Below are positions 21,701 through 28,400 of a stretch of DNA of 64,000 nt, piece by piece. The notes beneath the pieces were generated by a model. The model was not told where the DNA came from. It worked only from the letters and a program-made list of their open reading frames with translations, and searched no databases. Source of the DNA: an uncultured virus (IMG/VR IMGVR_UViG_3300020469_000033) (taxonomy: Duplodnaviria > Heunggongvirae > Uroviricota > Caudoviricetes). The stretch spans positions 1-64,000 of IMG/VR virus record IMGVR_UViG_3300020469_000033; one strand, given 5' to 3'. How positions within the stretch are numbered: the stretch's first letter is position 1; every line of letters begins with the position of its first letter. A program made the position numbers and the translations under genes.

Positions 21701-24568
21701 CAATCAATAGTTATTACTTCAGTTGGAACTACATCACATACTGTAACTGATGCTCCTTATAACGCATCAACTGGTGATGTTACTATAACAATAGCTAATC
21801 ATAATTTTAGTAATGGTGATTATATCAAATTAGATAATAATTCTCTAACTTATACTTGTGTATTGGATGGTGATACTGTTGAAAAATCATATCCAAGAGC
21901 TGGAATAGATTATCCAAATGGAAGATGGTTAGAAATTTCTAATGTAACTACAAATACGTTTGATATAAACATAGGTTCTTCCTCATATACAAACACACAT
22001 ACATTTGTATCGGCTACAAATGATGGATTAGAAAGACAAACTGGTACATTTACAATAAATGTAGGAGATGGTGGAAGTGCTTCTGGTTCGGTACACACAT
22101 TTGTATCTGCATCAACAAACGCTGTAAAACATCTACCTCAATCAGTTCACACATTCGTATCAGCATCAAATGGAGCAATTAAACATTTACCACAATCAGT
22201 TCACACATTTGTTAGAACTGAGCAAAATTCAGTAAGTGTTGTTCAACCTGCATTTGAATATGGTTCATTATTAACTGGTTCTGATATTCTAACTACATAT
22301 GGATTGATTACTGAAAGTGTACCATTTATACAAAATGAAGTTGTAGAATATATTTCTTCTTCGTGGATAGGATTTGATTATGATGATGTTAAGTGTAGAA
22401 GAGATGTTGGATTTATTGTAAATGGTGTAGCAGAAGATTTAAGATATGGAATCGTATCTCAATCAGTAGTAAACGCTAAGTTCTACTATCAATTCCCATC
22501 TGAAGCTAATGGAACTGGTTCTCAAGCTCAACAAACTATTGATGGTATCAATTACGCATCACAATTAACTGAACAAATCGTTAAAGGTGTAACATTTGAT
22601 TTCCCATCAGCTCAAATATCAGCATCAGTTGAATTAATTAGAAATAATAGAGAGTTTATTCAATCTGAATCAATTTCTTACCTAAGTTCTTCTTGGGAAG
22701 GGTTTGATTATGTAGAAGCAACTTGTATGAGAGATGTTGGACATATTTTAGATGCAGTATCTACTGATTTACTTTATGGTGGTAACCAAAGAAGTAAGAT
22801 TGCAGGAGAATACTACTACAAATATCCTTCATCAGCAACATCAACTCAATTAGAACCAACTACAACGGGTATTAAGTACGCGGGTGATGTGGCAAGTAAA
22901 TTAGTACAAAACGAAATATTCGTAACGGCATCGGCTGAGAGATTAGCTGGAAATAAAGTTCTTTTAGATAATAAAGAATTTATTCAGAATGAAGTAATCG
23001 CTTACATCTCATCTTCTTGGAGTACATTTGATTACAATGAAGATAAATGTAAGAGAGATACTGGATATATCTTAAATGGTGTAGCAACGGATTTCTTATA
23101 TGGTGGAAATGAAAGAGGTAGAGTAAATGGTGAGTACTATTACTTATACCCATCAGATGCAACTGTTAATTACCAAACTAATCCAAACGGACAATTAAAT
23201 CAAACAATTGATGGAATTAACTACTCTGCTAGATTGGCTGAAAAAGTATTAGAAAATACAATATTCGTTTCACCAACATCTGAAGTATCTGCATCGGCTG
23301 AATTACTAAGAAACAATAGAAGTTTCGTACAAAATGAAACTATCGAATTTATATCATCTTCTTGGAGTAATGTAACTTACAACGAAGATAAATGTAGAAG
23401 AGATACTGGATATATAATTGATGCAGCTGTAACTGATTTAGTTTACGGTGGAAATGAAAGAAGTAGAGTAGCTGGATTATACTATTGGAGATACCCATCA
23501 AGAGCAACTAAGGGTGGTACTCCATCAGAAGCTAATCAGTTAGACCCAACAATTGATGGAATTAGATTTGCTAATGGAACTTCACAAAATGTAGTTCAAA
23601 ACTTAGAATACATAAATCCATCAGCTGAAATTAAAAATGGTGTTCAGTTATTAAGAGATAACACAACATTTATACAAAAAGAAACAATCGCTTATCTAAG
23701 TTCGTCTTGGAGTGAGTTTGAATACAACGAAGTTAGTTGTAGTAGAGATTTAGGATACATCATAGATGCAGTAGCAACTGATTTAACATATGGTGGTAAT
23801 GCTAGAGCAGTACAAGCAGGTACATTCTACTACTATATTCCTTCAATCGCAACTACGGAACAAAAACCACAAACAACTGATGGTATTGATTTCTCAAAAG
23901 GGTTGGCTGAAAAGATAATCAAACAACAACAATTAGTATTCCCATTCTTATTAAATAAAAATGGAGCTAATGCACTTAGAGCGGAGAAAAAAGTATTACA
24001 AGGTAAGGCAATATCGTACACAAATGCGGCATTCCCTACTTTTGATTACAATGAAGAAAAATGTTATAGAGATACTGGATTTATTTTAGATGCTATCGCA
24101 ACTGATATCATCTATGGTGGTAATGAGAGAAGTATCAGAGCGGCTGAATCGTATTACAATGGAGTGTATGGAAGTGCAGCTGTTGTTATTAACGAACAAA
24201 AGAAAGAAACTGCAGAAACTAATAGATATTTAAGAACTCAATTCCAATTCGCTGCTAGACAAGCGCCTGTTGAAGAGTTTGGTTCTTTAATTATTACAAC
24301 TGGACATGATTTCTCTTACGCTGGTGCTGGTGTAACTTATAAAGCATTACCTCCTAACCAAGGTGGTGATGGTGTACCTGATCCTGATAAGGAAATTACT
24401 GAAATTGGTGGAGGTAGAGTATTCTTTACTTCTGGTAACGAACTTGGTGACTTTAGAATTGGTGGAGGTCTTGTTATTAAACAAGCTTCTGGTACATTAG
24501 AGGGTAGAACATTCTCTAAATCGTTATTCTCACTTGTAACACCATTCTCATTAGCACTGCAGGATTAA
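6773..24568 (+). CDS. Giant repetitive virion protein (5931 aa): pectin-lyase-like beta-helix region, 17 CxRD helical repeats, six ~407-aa His/Cys beta super-repeats
   Basis: Uninterrupted 17.8-kb ORF in the structural operon. IYVS...GDD.NDG....P.RT...A and AGTY.E..PI beta-helix cap motifs at the N-terminus; repeats counted by eye. Confidence 0.85.
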   Translation: MARLISRKQVEEIQDFIRDTSFAQGVSISGSLLVSQSFTLGSDPSEKSTITGSVELSGSLTIDGPLNVVGDQALELTSSVSLESLDSRLFGGIKPEDFGAMDATIYVSSTSGDDTNDGRTPQFPLRTVKRAAELATAGDDGRFGLPTGSLFTGFAIEVSAGTYLEENPIELPKNTTVWGAGLRVTKIVAKNENEDLFWVNSGCYLSEMTFAGLRVFPSVDNSRSGFAIAFAPNSFITTSPYVQNCSMISNQENSFLEAYEDIPAGGGGLNVDGNIIHPDSPLASMVLDAYTQIAPNGVGCQVVGRGFIQLVSFFTNFSAYSVKVLDGGQAVLLNSNTSFGDFGMYASGSRFITGSGGNLEAFNRVRDGYTIIIDTIEDGLTAIPEFVPNTNDGIKVTDELQQFSSNNSSDKVAEQAKSEYRLVSNIVSSGISNIPSLLAKSATRGYNTGSVWNVSFGNQITGSTSATSTELAIIEDRFDKVKETLEIGARATASYTLVDNIDGLVKVGNETPYITSDATTQTEVDIINRNYNSVLRIVEFGLDDTDNPLPPITSSNAGNIKITETPQFITDISSSAEVRNKISSSFATVYRILELGSDYAPSIIQSSSFENPSIDYQNGYNALLGNLSFIQEETIAYLSSSWSTFDYNETTCKRDLGYIVSGAAHDLLYGGNEESVLNGNFYYLYPSEATSSQKQQTLDAIRYAGGIAERVIGDVTYVEPSVNVINGYDLLTNNKLFIQNQVISYVSSSWRNFDYDEDKCKRDVGHIIDAVSTDLRYGGNERSRIAGEFYYLYPSTATTTQLLPTLDGIEWARDLSKKLVVKDTFVTASAIIQSTYDLIVENRSLIQEETVNFIDTQFPNLVYLRDKCKRDTGFIVDAVATDLYYGGNQKSVRAGLYYGEIPSKVNGDQLNETVDGISYAKSFIDKVIVNEIVEAPAVIDNTYSRVKVGNILPFSSSLVSGSETEKVKVSSSFGLVEDIIKQGEDSLLAAIAGNTPNLEWTLEEPKLVSSTTLITSSITASNSELSSISQSFEIVTTIIESGSSITSDIVVGFAPNGLPISQVGIPKNSYGDNLITTTIGTTLPNDIVEVSNVKDGIKFNNNSQYTSSISASTPISSEISESFRTVIDIVEYGISGSKEISGSANSSSYFEVVSLPNDSTAFYINDNQLKYFDGREGWRLGGEDTGSFLGSKKDPTLTLVRNEMYTFSVNDLGFEDININAPFLIKTKRTAGTTYDVYESIGLINNGITFGTITFTPLVDTPDTLFYVNPTNVSASGVINIVDSLPLSSEQEFVYVPTKGEFEKVVNTKNNIKVTDGVQYTSSLDASVSDRNIVSGGFSTVVGILKSGIDSYTPTTATYNPADGEFVMTISQHDLDVNDRIYLRPESFVFTCDMDGNRTEHKLPSVGQPAYNKQLTINSITDNTISVNVGKSGPNIEFNPTNASYDPLTGNFVATVGKHTLSVGEGIILSPEAFAFTCDMDNDQAVKSYPRVGIDPFAVRSIPITSVTDTTMTFNVGASGPNKYFTPTSASYNALTGDMIVTVGQHGLGVGRSVVLKDESFAFTCDQDSDATTHSYPRPGSDPYAGKSIEIKSVGNTQHTPTDAPYNASTGIVTLTIAGHGFSNGDYVKVDNGALIYTCVLDGNTVQKSYPRAGYDYPSGRWLEISNVTTNTFDINIGASSYKSAHTFVSATTGGIRRQTGTFTINVGDGGTASNSLHTFVSASSNAVKHEPQSVHTFVSASRKAIKHLPQSVHTFVRTNKDSVSTLPILTKNIEGLVKRSDATQFTSSLVGSETLISKLSSSFETVLDIIEFGTGSTPTTATYDPADGDFVMTIPNHKFRKTDSIYLKPESFTFTCEMDDNKTEHKLPSVGQPAYNTKLGIKSVTNNTVTVNVGKSGPNVQFNPTNASYDPATGEFVITTGTHTLSVGEGIILDTESFAFTCDMDNDQSVKSYPRLGIDPYAGRSMIITDVTNNTMTVNVGISGPNKYFTPSDVNYNALTGEMVLTVGQHGLGVSRSVVLENESFAFTCDQDGDSTTHSYPRSGSDPYAEQSIKIISVGTTSHTPTNAPYNPTTGIVTLTISNHGFSNNDYIKVDDGALTYTCVLDGNTTQKSYPRAGYDSPSGRWLQISNVTTNTFDINIGSSSYTGAHTFVSATTNGIKRQDGTFTINVGDGGSASGSIHTFVSASTNAVKHEPQSVHTFVSASYGAVKHLPQSVHTFVRTINDSVTVIPPQIDNTEEAIAVTTETQFTTSSISASAADIEFISGAFDIVTKIIEFGSGSYESSSLYGSEVTASSTVAAYNLLKSNIDFIKEETIAYLSSSWSTASYDEDKCMRDVAGIVSGAAEDLIHNVYSASIFNGKFYLEYPSQAQGSQLSQTIDGIRYASRVAQKIASNVTFSNPVQDRLDTQTIINNNKEFIKEEGIAFLSASWSDFDYPEETCKRDIVHILDASITDIVYGGNERTINAGIFYYKFPSEATGSQLFPTLDGIEYAGEVAQKVVSGAVFTPLSSDKVNAYNLVLENRDLIQNEVIEYVSSSWNAADYDDVKCKRDTGYIIDAAITDLLYGGNERSIIAGDFYYKYPSQAQGSQLDQTVDGIVHAQRLSDKVMSNTILVNPSVEREGLYQTIEQNRELVQAEVIAYISSSWVGFDYDEAKCSRDVGHILDAVSTDLRYGGNERSVIAGEYYYLYPSEATSVQKTQTIDGIVHAANLVQKLIQNVVLVQPSETKLSIWNTIRDNRTLIQKEVTEYIDYTFPFFTYNREKCRRDVGHILDGVATDFLWGGNQRSIKSGEFYYLFPSEATTVQKVETIEGIVYAKNLVRDIITQKTFTPTTATYDPSNGDFVVTISKHGLDVGDEICIRPESFVFTCTMDNNRTEHKLPSIGQPAYNNKLKVKSVTEDTITVDVGKSGPNVEFTPSSASYDPATGEFVITTGNHSLSIGEGIVLDTGSFAFTCDMDNNQSVKSYPRFGIDPFAGRSMIITDVTDTTMTVNVGVSAPNKLFTPTDVDYNALSGDMVVTVGQHGLGVGRSVVLENESFAFTCDQDGDTSVHSYPRLGSDPYAEQSIVINSVGTTSHTITNAPYDASTGDVTITITGHGFSNGDYIKLSDNSLTYTCILDGNSVEKSYPRPGYDYPSGRWLEISNVTTNTFDINIGSSSYTSAHTFVSATTNGLERQTGTFTINVGDGGSASGSIHTFVSASINAVKHLPQSVHTFVSASNGAVKHLPQAGHTFVRTQNNSISVLSQLITKTPSKVSNSDGNIKVTSFNSVSSSIALSGSYQTEVSESYDIVTGIIKTGIESFTPKTATYDPANGDFLMTVPKHNLHSGDSIYLKPESFVFTCDMDGNRTEHKLPSIGQPAYDNRLTIKSTTSDTITVNVGKSGPNVEYNPSTASYDPATGEFVVTVASHSLSIGEGVVMSPESFAFTCDMDNDQSVKSYPRVGIDPYSVRSLPLTAVTDTTMTFNVGVSGPNKYFTPVSASYNSLSGDMTLTVTESFGLGVGRSVVLENESFAFTCDMDSNVTTHSYPRSGSDPYAEQSIKITSVGTTSHSVTDAPYDSATGDVTITIANHNFNNGDYIKLDDNSLTYTCVLDKNITTKSYPRPNYDYPSGRWLEISNVTTNTFDINIGSSPYVGSHTFVSATTNGLKRQDGTFTINVGDGGSASGSLHTFVSASNRAVKHEPQSVHTFVSASNGALKHLPQSAHTFIRTQRDSVSTLPILTENIEGLIKINDTSQFTSSLSGSEVESAFVTRSVGFINDIIRFGTDDTPFALAKWFDDTLDTPQQLTTGSYVTASGTYVTDTEFGIVSSSFGEIINIIENGTGSFTPTTATYDPSNGNFVVTIPNHTLDIGDEIYIRPESFTFTCTMDGNRTEHKLPSVGQPAYTNKLEITAKTTDTITVNVGASDPDIEWTPTNATYDPANGDFVITTGTHTLSVGEGIVLSTGSFAFTCDMDNNQSTKSYPRFGIDPFAGRSMKLTSVTSNTMTVNVGISGPNKYFTPTTASYDALSGDMTLTVTESFGLGVGRSVVLENESFAFTCDQDGDATTHSYPRSGSDPYAEQSIVITSVGTTSHTPTNAPYNSVTGVVTLTIANHGFSNGDYVKVADNALTYTCVLDDNTTTKSYPRPGYDYPSGRWLEISNVTTNTFNINIGASSYIGEHKFISAAANGIERQTGTFTINVGDGGSASGSLHTFVSASANAVKHEPQSLHTFVSASKGAVKHLPQAGHTFVRTENNSISILPKLVTNAENNIKVTSANQFTSSIVGSSIEINKVNTSVGIIENILQNGLGVKPNVVKNNSDVDNLIKVTDAVQFTSESFGDRLQQRLISSSIAIVTNIVKNGTGSLPTVVEYGAPSESPTTIAAYNLLKENIGFIQSESIAYLSSSWSTASYDESKCSRDIGGIISGAAEDMLYNANSASIFNGKFYYDFPSQAQGAQLQQTLDGINYAGRLAESIVRGYTFQTASAVVSGSYELIRNNREFIQNETIEFLSSSWDGFTYNEITCKRDITHIIDAVSTDLLYGGNERSVNAGDYYYRFPSAAISGGVPNENRQKDPTVTAIDYVQNIVTEIVSGAVFQTASNEVEFVYDTIRENREFLQAETVAFVNAKYPNFEYNELSCSRDTGFIIDAVATDLRYGGNQRALTAGEFYYRFPSEATGNQLDETTDALIYTKDLIEKLVNKETLFVQTGSLNTDNGIKVTSFSPATGSSITDVTIFNTISSSFAIVSDAIANGKADSTPTNATYDPSNGEFVLTIESHSYTEGEGIYLSPESFTFTCDMDNNKTEDKLPSVGQPAYNNELEILSKTNNTITVNVGASGPNVEFNPTTASYDPATGEFVMTVESHSLSIGEGIILDIESFAFTCDMDNNQSVKSYPRVGIDPFAGRSMKITDITDTTMTVNVGISGPNKFFTPSDVDYNALSGDMIVTVGQHGIGVGRSVVLENESFAFTCDQDGDTSVHSYPRSGSDPYAEQSIVITSVGTTSHTVTDAPYNASTGDVTITIANHNFSNGDYIKLDNNSLTYTCVLDGDTVEKSYPRAGIDYPNGRWLEISNVTTNTFDINIGSSSYTNTHTFVSATNDGLERQTGTFTINVGDGGSASGSVHTFVSASTNAVKHLPQSVHTFVSASNGAIKHLPQSVHTFVRTEQNSVSVVQPAFEYGSLLTGSDILTTYGLITESVPFIQNEVVEYISSSWIGFDYDDVKCRRDVGFIVNGVAEDLRYGIVSQSVVNAKFYYQFPSEANGTGSQAQQTIDGINYASQLTEQIVKGVTFDFPSAQISASVELIRNNREFIQSESISYLSSSWEGFDYVEATCMRDVGHILDAVSTDLLYGGNQRSKIAGEYYYKYPSSATSTQLEPTTTGIKYAGDVASKLVQNEIFVTASAERLAGNKVLLDNKEFIQNEVIAYISSSWSTFDYNEDKCKRDTGYILNGVATDFLYGGNERGRVNGEYYYLYPSDATVNYQTNPNGQLNQTIDGINYSARLAEKVLENTIFVSPTSEVSASAELLRNNRSFVQNETIEFISSSWSNVTYNEDKCRRDTGYIIDAAVTDLVYGGNERSRVAGLYYWRYPSRATKGGTPSEANQLDPTIDGIRFANGTSQNVVQNLEYINPSAEIKNGVQLLRDNTTFIQKETIAYLSSSWSEFEYNEVSCSRDLGYIIDAVATDLTYGGNARAVQAGTFYYYIPSIATTEQKPQTTDGIDFSKGLAEKIIKQQQLVFPFLLNKNGANALRAEKKVLQGKAISYTNAAFPTFDYNEEKCYRDTGFILDAIATDIIYGGNERSIRAAESYYNGVYGSAAVVINEQKKETAETNRYLRTQFQFAARQAPVEEFGSLIITTGHDFSYAGAGVTYKALPPNQGGDGVPDPDKEITEIGGGRVFFTSGNELGDFRIGGGLVIKQASGTLEGRTFSKSLFSLVTPFSLALQD
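8620..24260 (+). repeat. 17 copies of a ~108-aa helical repeat (N..FIQ.E...Y.SSSW..F.Y....CxRD.G.I.DA...DL.YGGN.RS..AG..YY), in clusters of 3, 5, 3 and 6
   Basis: First Cys codon at 8726, last at 24062; tandem spacing about 324-345 nt. Confidence 0.9.
10829..22220 (+). repeat. Six ~1.22-kb super-repeats starting near 10829, 12223, 15269, 16688, 18260 and 20999
   Basis: Each begins TP..ATY.P..G and ends HTF(V/I)RT; high protein and DNA similarity between copies. Confidence 0.9.
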
Positions 24569-24596
24569 TAAAAAAAAGTGAATAAAAATAAAAGAA

Positions 24597-24605
24597 ATAT
24601 TTATA
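24597..24605 (+). promoter_or_regulatory. Putative late promoter motif ATATTTATA
   Basis: Intergenic, 6 nt before the ATG at 24612. Confidence 0.5.
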
Positions 24606-24611
24606 TAGGAT

Positions 24612-25472
24612 ATGGCAGAAGAATTAATACCACTAAACGCATTTAAATCCGTACTTACCACTTTGACAGGTGATGATGATGTAGTATATTCAGCTCCAAA
24701 AGGAGTTTCTACTATTTTATTATCTGCTCAAATAACGAATACTGGAACTACAGATGAACCCGTTACTATTAGTATAACAAGTAATAGGGATTTGCCAGTT
24801 CCACAAGTAGATTCAATAAGTAATTCGGGTAGTTTTTTAAGCGCATCCGCACTTATAGCTAAAAATCAAACATTTTTAGAAAAAGAATCAGCGGCATACA
24901 CAAATTTTCAAAACAATTTAACACAAATTCCATTTAGTTTTACATCTTCTTTCTTTGAAGGATATGTTAGAACTGCTGTGGATGGTGTTGAGGCGGATTT
25001 AATCGAAGGAGGAACACTTCAGAGTAAAAAAGCAGCTCTTTCTTATTATAATAAGAACGGAGAAATCTTAATACCTAATGATTATTATACAGCATCTTAT
25101 CAATCGATAGATTACGCTAATTTATTAGTACAACAAATACTTATTAATGAATCTGTAACGGGTTCAATTGATATACCTAGATTATATCAAGATAGTGTTA
25201 CACAATCTTTTGATAATACATTAATAGCAGAATCAGGTTCAATCAGTGCTTCAGTTAATTTGTTTGATGCAATATCTGATACCATATCAAATCCAACGAG
25301 AGTTGAACAAGAACCCGTTGATTTAATTACAAATGTAACGATACCTGCTGGAGATTCATTATCACCGATTGTGGCGGGTAAATTAGTATTAGAACAACAA
25401 TTTTCACTAATTGTATCAGGTTCTACCGATTTAACGGTAATTCTATCGATACTTGAAAGTGCAAACGAATAA
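24612..25472 (+). CDS. Structural adaptor protein; paralogue of 38044..38376 with an inserted Cys-less helical repeat
   Basis: N.FK(S/N) start and K.VLE...S..V.......V.LS.LE end are shared with 38044..38376. Confidence 0.65.
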   Translation: MAEELIPLNAFKSVLTTLTGDDDVVYSAPKGVSTILLSAQITNTGTTDEPVTISITSNRDLPVPQVDSISNSGSFLSASALIAKNQTFLEKESAAYTNFQNNLTQIPFSFTSSFFEGYVRTAVDGVEADLIEGGTLQSKKAALSYYNKNGEILIPNDYYTASYQSIDYANLLVQQILINESVTGSIDIPRLYQDSVTQSFDNTLIAESGSISASVNLFDAISDTISNPTRVEQEPVDLITNVTIPAGDSLSPIVAGKLVLEQQFSLIVSGSTDLTVILSILESANE

Positions 25473-25495
25473 TTATATATTAAGAACACAAATAA

Positions 25496-28400
25496 ATGAG
25501 CCAATTATTAAGCGGAAAGGTTAAAGTAATAAGGCCCTCCGATGTATCGGAGAATAGATATGAATATCTAAGGCTGAATGAGGCTGAACCAAACTTAGGT
25601 GTACCTGAGAGTGGTTCACTTTCTTCTGGTTCTATTGCTCTTGTTGCTTCTGATGCTGATGGTAATCGTTTATTTGTTACAACACTTCAATTAGAGCAAG
25701 TTACTGGTTCATTTAGTGGTTCATTTAGTGGAGATGGTTCTGAATTAAATAACCTTCCAGAAGCAGTAAGATTATTATCAGGTTCTGCATCAGCATCAAT
25801 TTCACCAAATACTGGATTCTTAGTAAATGTATCATCATCATTTGATGGTGATGTAGATGTAGATGGTGATGTAAGAGTTACTGGTGATTTAATTGTTGAT
25901 AATCGTATTGTAGCTAGAGAATTAATTGTAGAAATTATTTCCTCTTCAGTTATTTTTTCATCTGGTTCAAATATCTTTGGTGATGAACTTACTGATAAGC
26001 AAGAATTTACAGGTTCAGTTGGAATTACTGGTTCATTAGAAATAAATGGTGATACAAATGTTACTGGAGGATTTAGTGTAGAAGGAACATCATCTTTATC
26101 AGATACTATAATAGTAGGAATAACTGAATTAAGTGGTTCTACATTCGCAAGTGGAACTATTGAATTAAATAGTGGTTCATTCTTTAGTGGTAGTGGTGAG
26201 GGATTATTTAACATTCCAAAATCAGCACTAGCACCTGATGCATTAGTTACTCCAATCATAGCAACTGGTTCAGTAAGTGCATCTGTTGATGATTCTGGAT
26301 TCTTTAGAGTATTTGGTAGTAGTTCAGTAACAACTGAATTAAGTGGTTCACTTTTAGTTAGTGGAAATATAGAATTAAATAGTGGTTCTTCATTTAGTGG
26401 TAGTGGTGAAAATCTTTTTAACATTCCAAGAACTGCACTTACCGATGATGCATTTGATTCATCAAGAATCGTAACAGGTTCAGTAACCGCATCTTTAGAC
26501 CCATCTGGAGTTTTTAAGGTAGAATCAACTGGTTCAGTAAAATCTGAATTTAGTGGTTCAATATTTGTAAGTGGAGCAGTTCAACTTAATAGTGGTAGTA
26601 TATTTAGTGGTAGTGGTGCTAATCTTTTCGATATTCCTCGTTCAGCACTTACCGAAGATGCATTAGAAACGAATTTAATTATTAGTGGTTCAGTAACTGC
26701 TTCCGTATCACCTGATACTGGTTTTGTAGTAAACTCATTAGATAGTGGTTCTACATTTACAGGTTCAATATTTTTAAGTAGTGGTTCATTTATTTCTGGT
26801 AGTGGTGAAAAATTATTTAATGTACCATTAGCAGCACTTTCAGATGATGCTCAAGACGCTGTTGAAGCAGTTCTTGCTTTTGAAGCTGGTTTATTAGCAA
26901 CTGGTAGTGTAACTGCATCGGTTTCTGATGCTGATGGATTTGTTGTAAAATCCGAAGCTAGTGGTTCAACATTTAGTGGTAGTTTAAGATTAAGTAGTGG
27001 TAGTATATTTAGTGGTAGTGGTGCAGAGTTATTTGATATACCAAAATCAGCACTTACTGAAGATGCACTTATTACAAATAATATTAGAAGTGGTTCAGTA
27101 ACCGCATCAGTTTCTCCAAACTTTGGATTAGTTGTAGAATCAGAATTAAGTGGTTCTACTTTTACAGGTTCTGTATTTTTAAGTAGTGGTTCATTCTTTA
27201 GTGGTAGTGGTGAACAATTATTCAATATACCAAGAACTGCATTAACGGATGATGCACTTATTTCGAACTTAATATCTACTGGTTCAGTAACCGCATCGGT
27301 TTCAACTGATGGTTTCTTTAGAGTACAATCAACGGCTTCAGTAACAACTGAATTAAGTGGTTCGGTATTTGTTAGTGGTGCAGTTCAATTAAATAGTGGT
27401 TCAAAATATAGTGGTAGTGGTGAAGATTTATTTGATATACCATTCTCAGCACTTTCTAATGATGCACAAGAATCAATTGAAGCGTTAGTATCGAGAGAAG
27501 CAGTTTTTATTGGAACTGGTAGTGTAACTGCTTCAACTGATGATAATGTATTTAGAGTAACCTCAATAGATAGTGGTTCTATATTTAGTGGTAGTGTTCA
27601 ATTAAGTAGTGGTAGTGTATTTAGTGGTAGTGGTGCGGAATTATTTGATATACCAAAATCTGCGTTAGTTGAAGATGCACTAATTTCTAATTTAATCACA
27701 ACTGGTTCAGTAACCGCATCGGTTTTACCCGATGGTACATTTAAAGTATTCGGAACAGGTTCAGTAAAATCTGAATTTAGTGGTAGTGTTTCTATAACAG
27801 AAACATTAGATGTTCCAAAAATTATAGCTGATGAAATTACTGGTTCATTTAGTGGTTCATTTAGTGGTGATGGTTCGGATTTAAATAATATCCCTCAATC
27901 AGCACTTTCTGAAGATGCTGTTAGAATTGCTAGTGGTTCAGCAACCGCATCTATTTCACCTAACTTAGGATTTGTAGTAAATACATCAGCTTCTATACAA
28001 GGTGATTTAACAATTGATAATGATTTAACTGTTGTTGGTAGAATTACAGCTAACGAAATATTTACTGATTTTATTTCATCATCAATAATTTATTCTTCTG
28101 GTTCAAATATATTTGGTGATAATACTGGAAGTGATAAACAAACATTATTTGGTGATACTTCTATATTTGGTAATTTAACATCAAGTAAATTTATAAGTTC
28201 CAGTGGATTTGTTGGGGATGGTAGTGGATTATTTAATATTCCACAATCAGCACTTTCAGAGGATGCACCATTAATATCAAGTGGTTCAGTAACCGCATCA
28301 GTTTCTCCAAACTTTGGATTTGTAGTAAAATCTGTTGAAAGTGGTTCAATATTTAGTGGCTCTTTATTTGTAAGTGGAAATGTACAACTTGATGTTAGTT

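Noticed and set aside
10829..22220. Kilobase repeats as DGR template/variable repeats or assembly duplication
   Set aside because: Differences are mostly synonymous and not adenine-specific; no reverse transcriptase in the window; the copies are diverged rather than identical.
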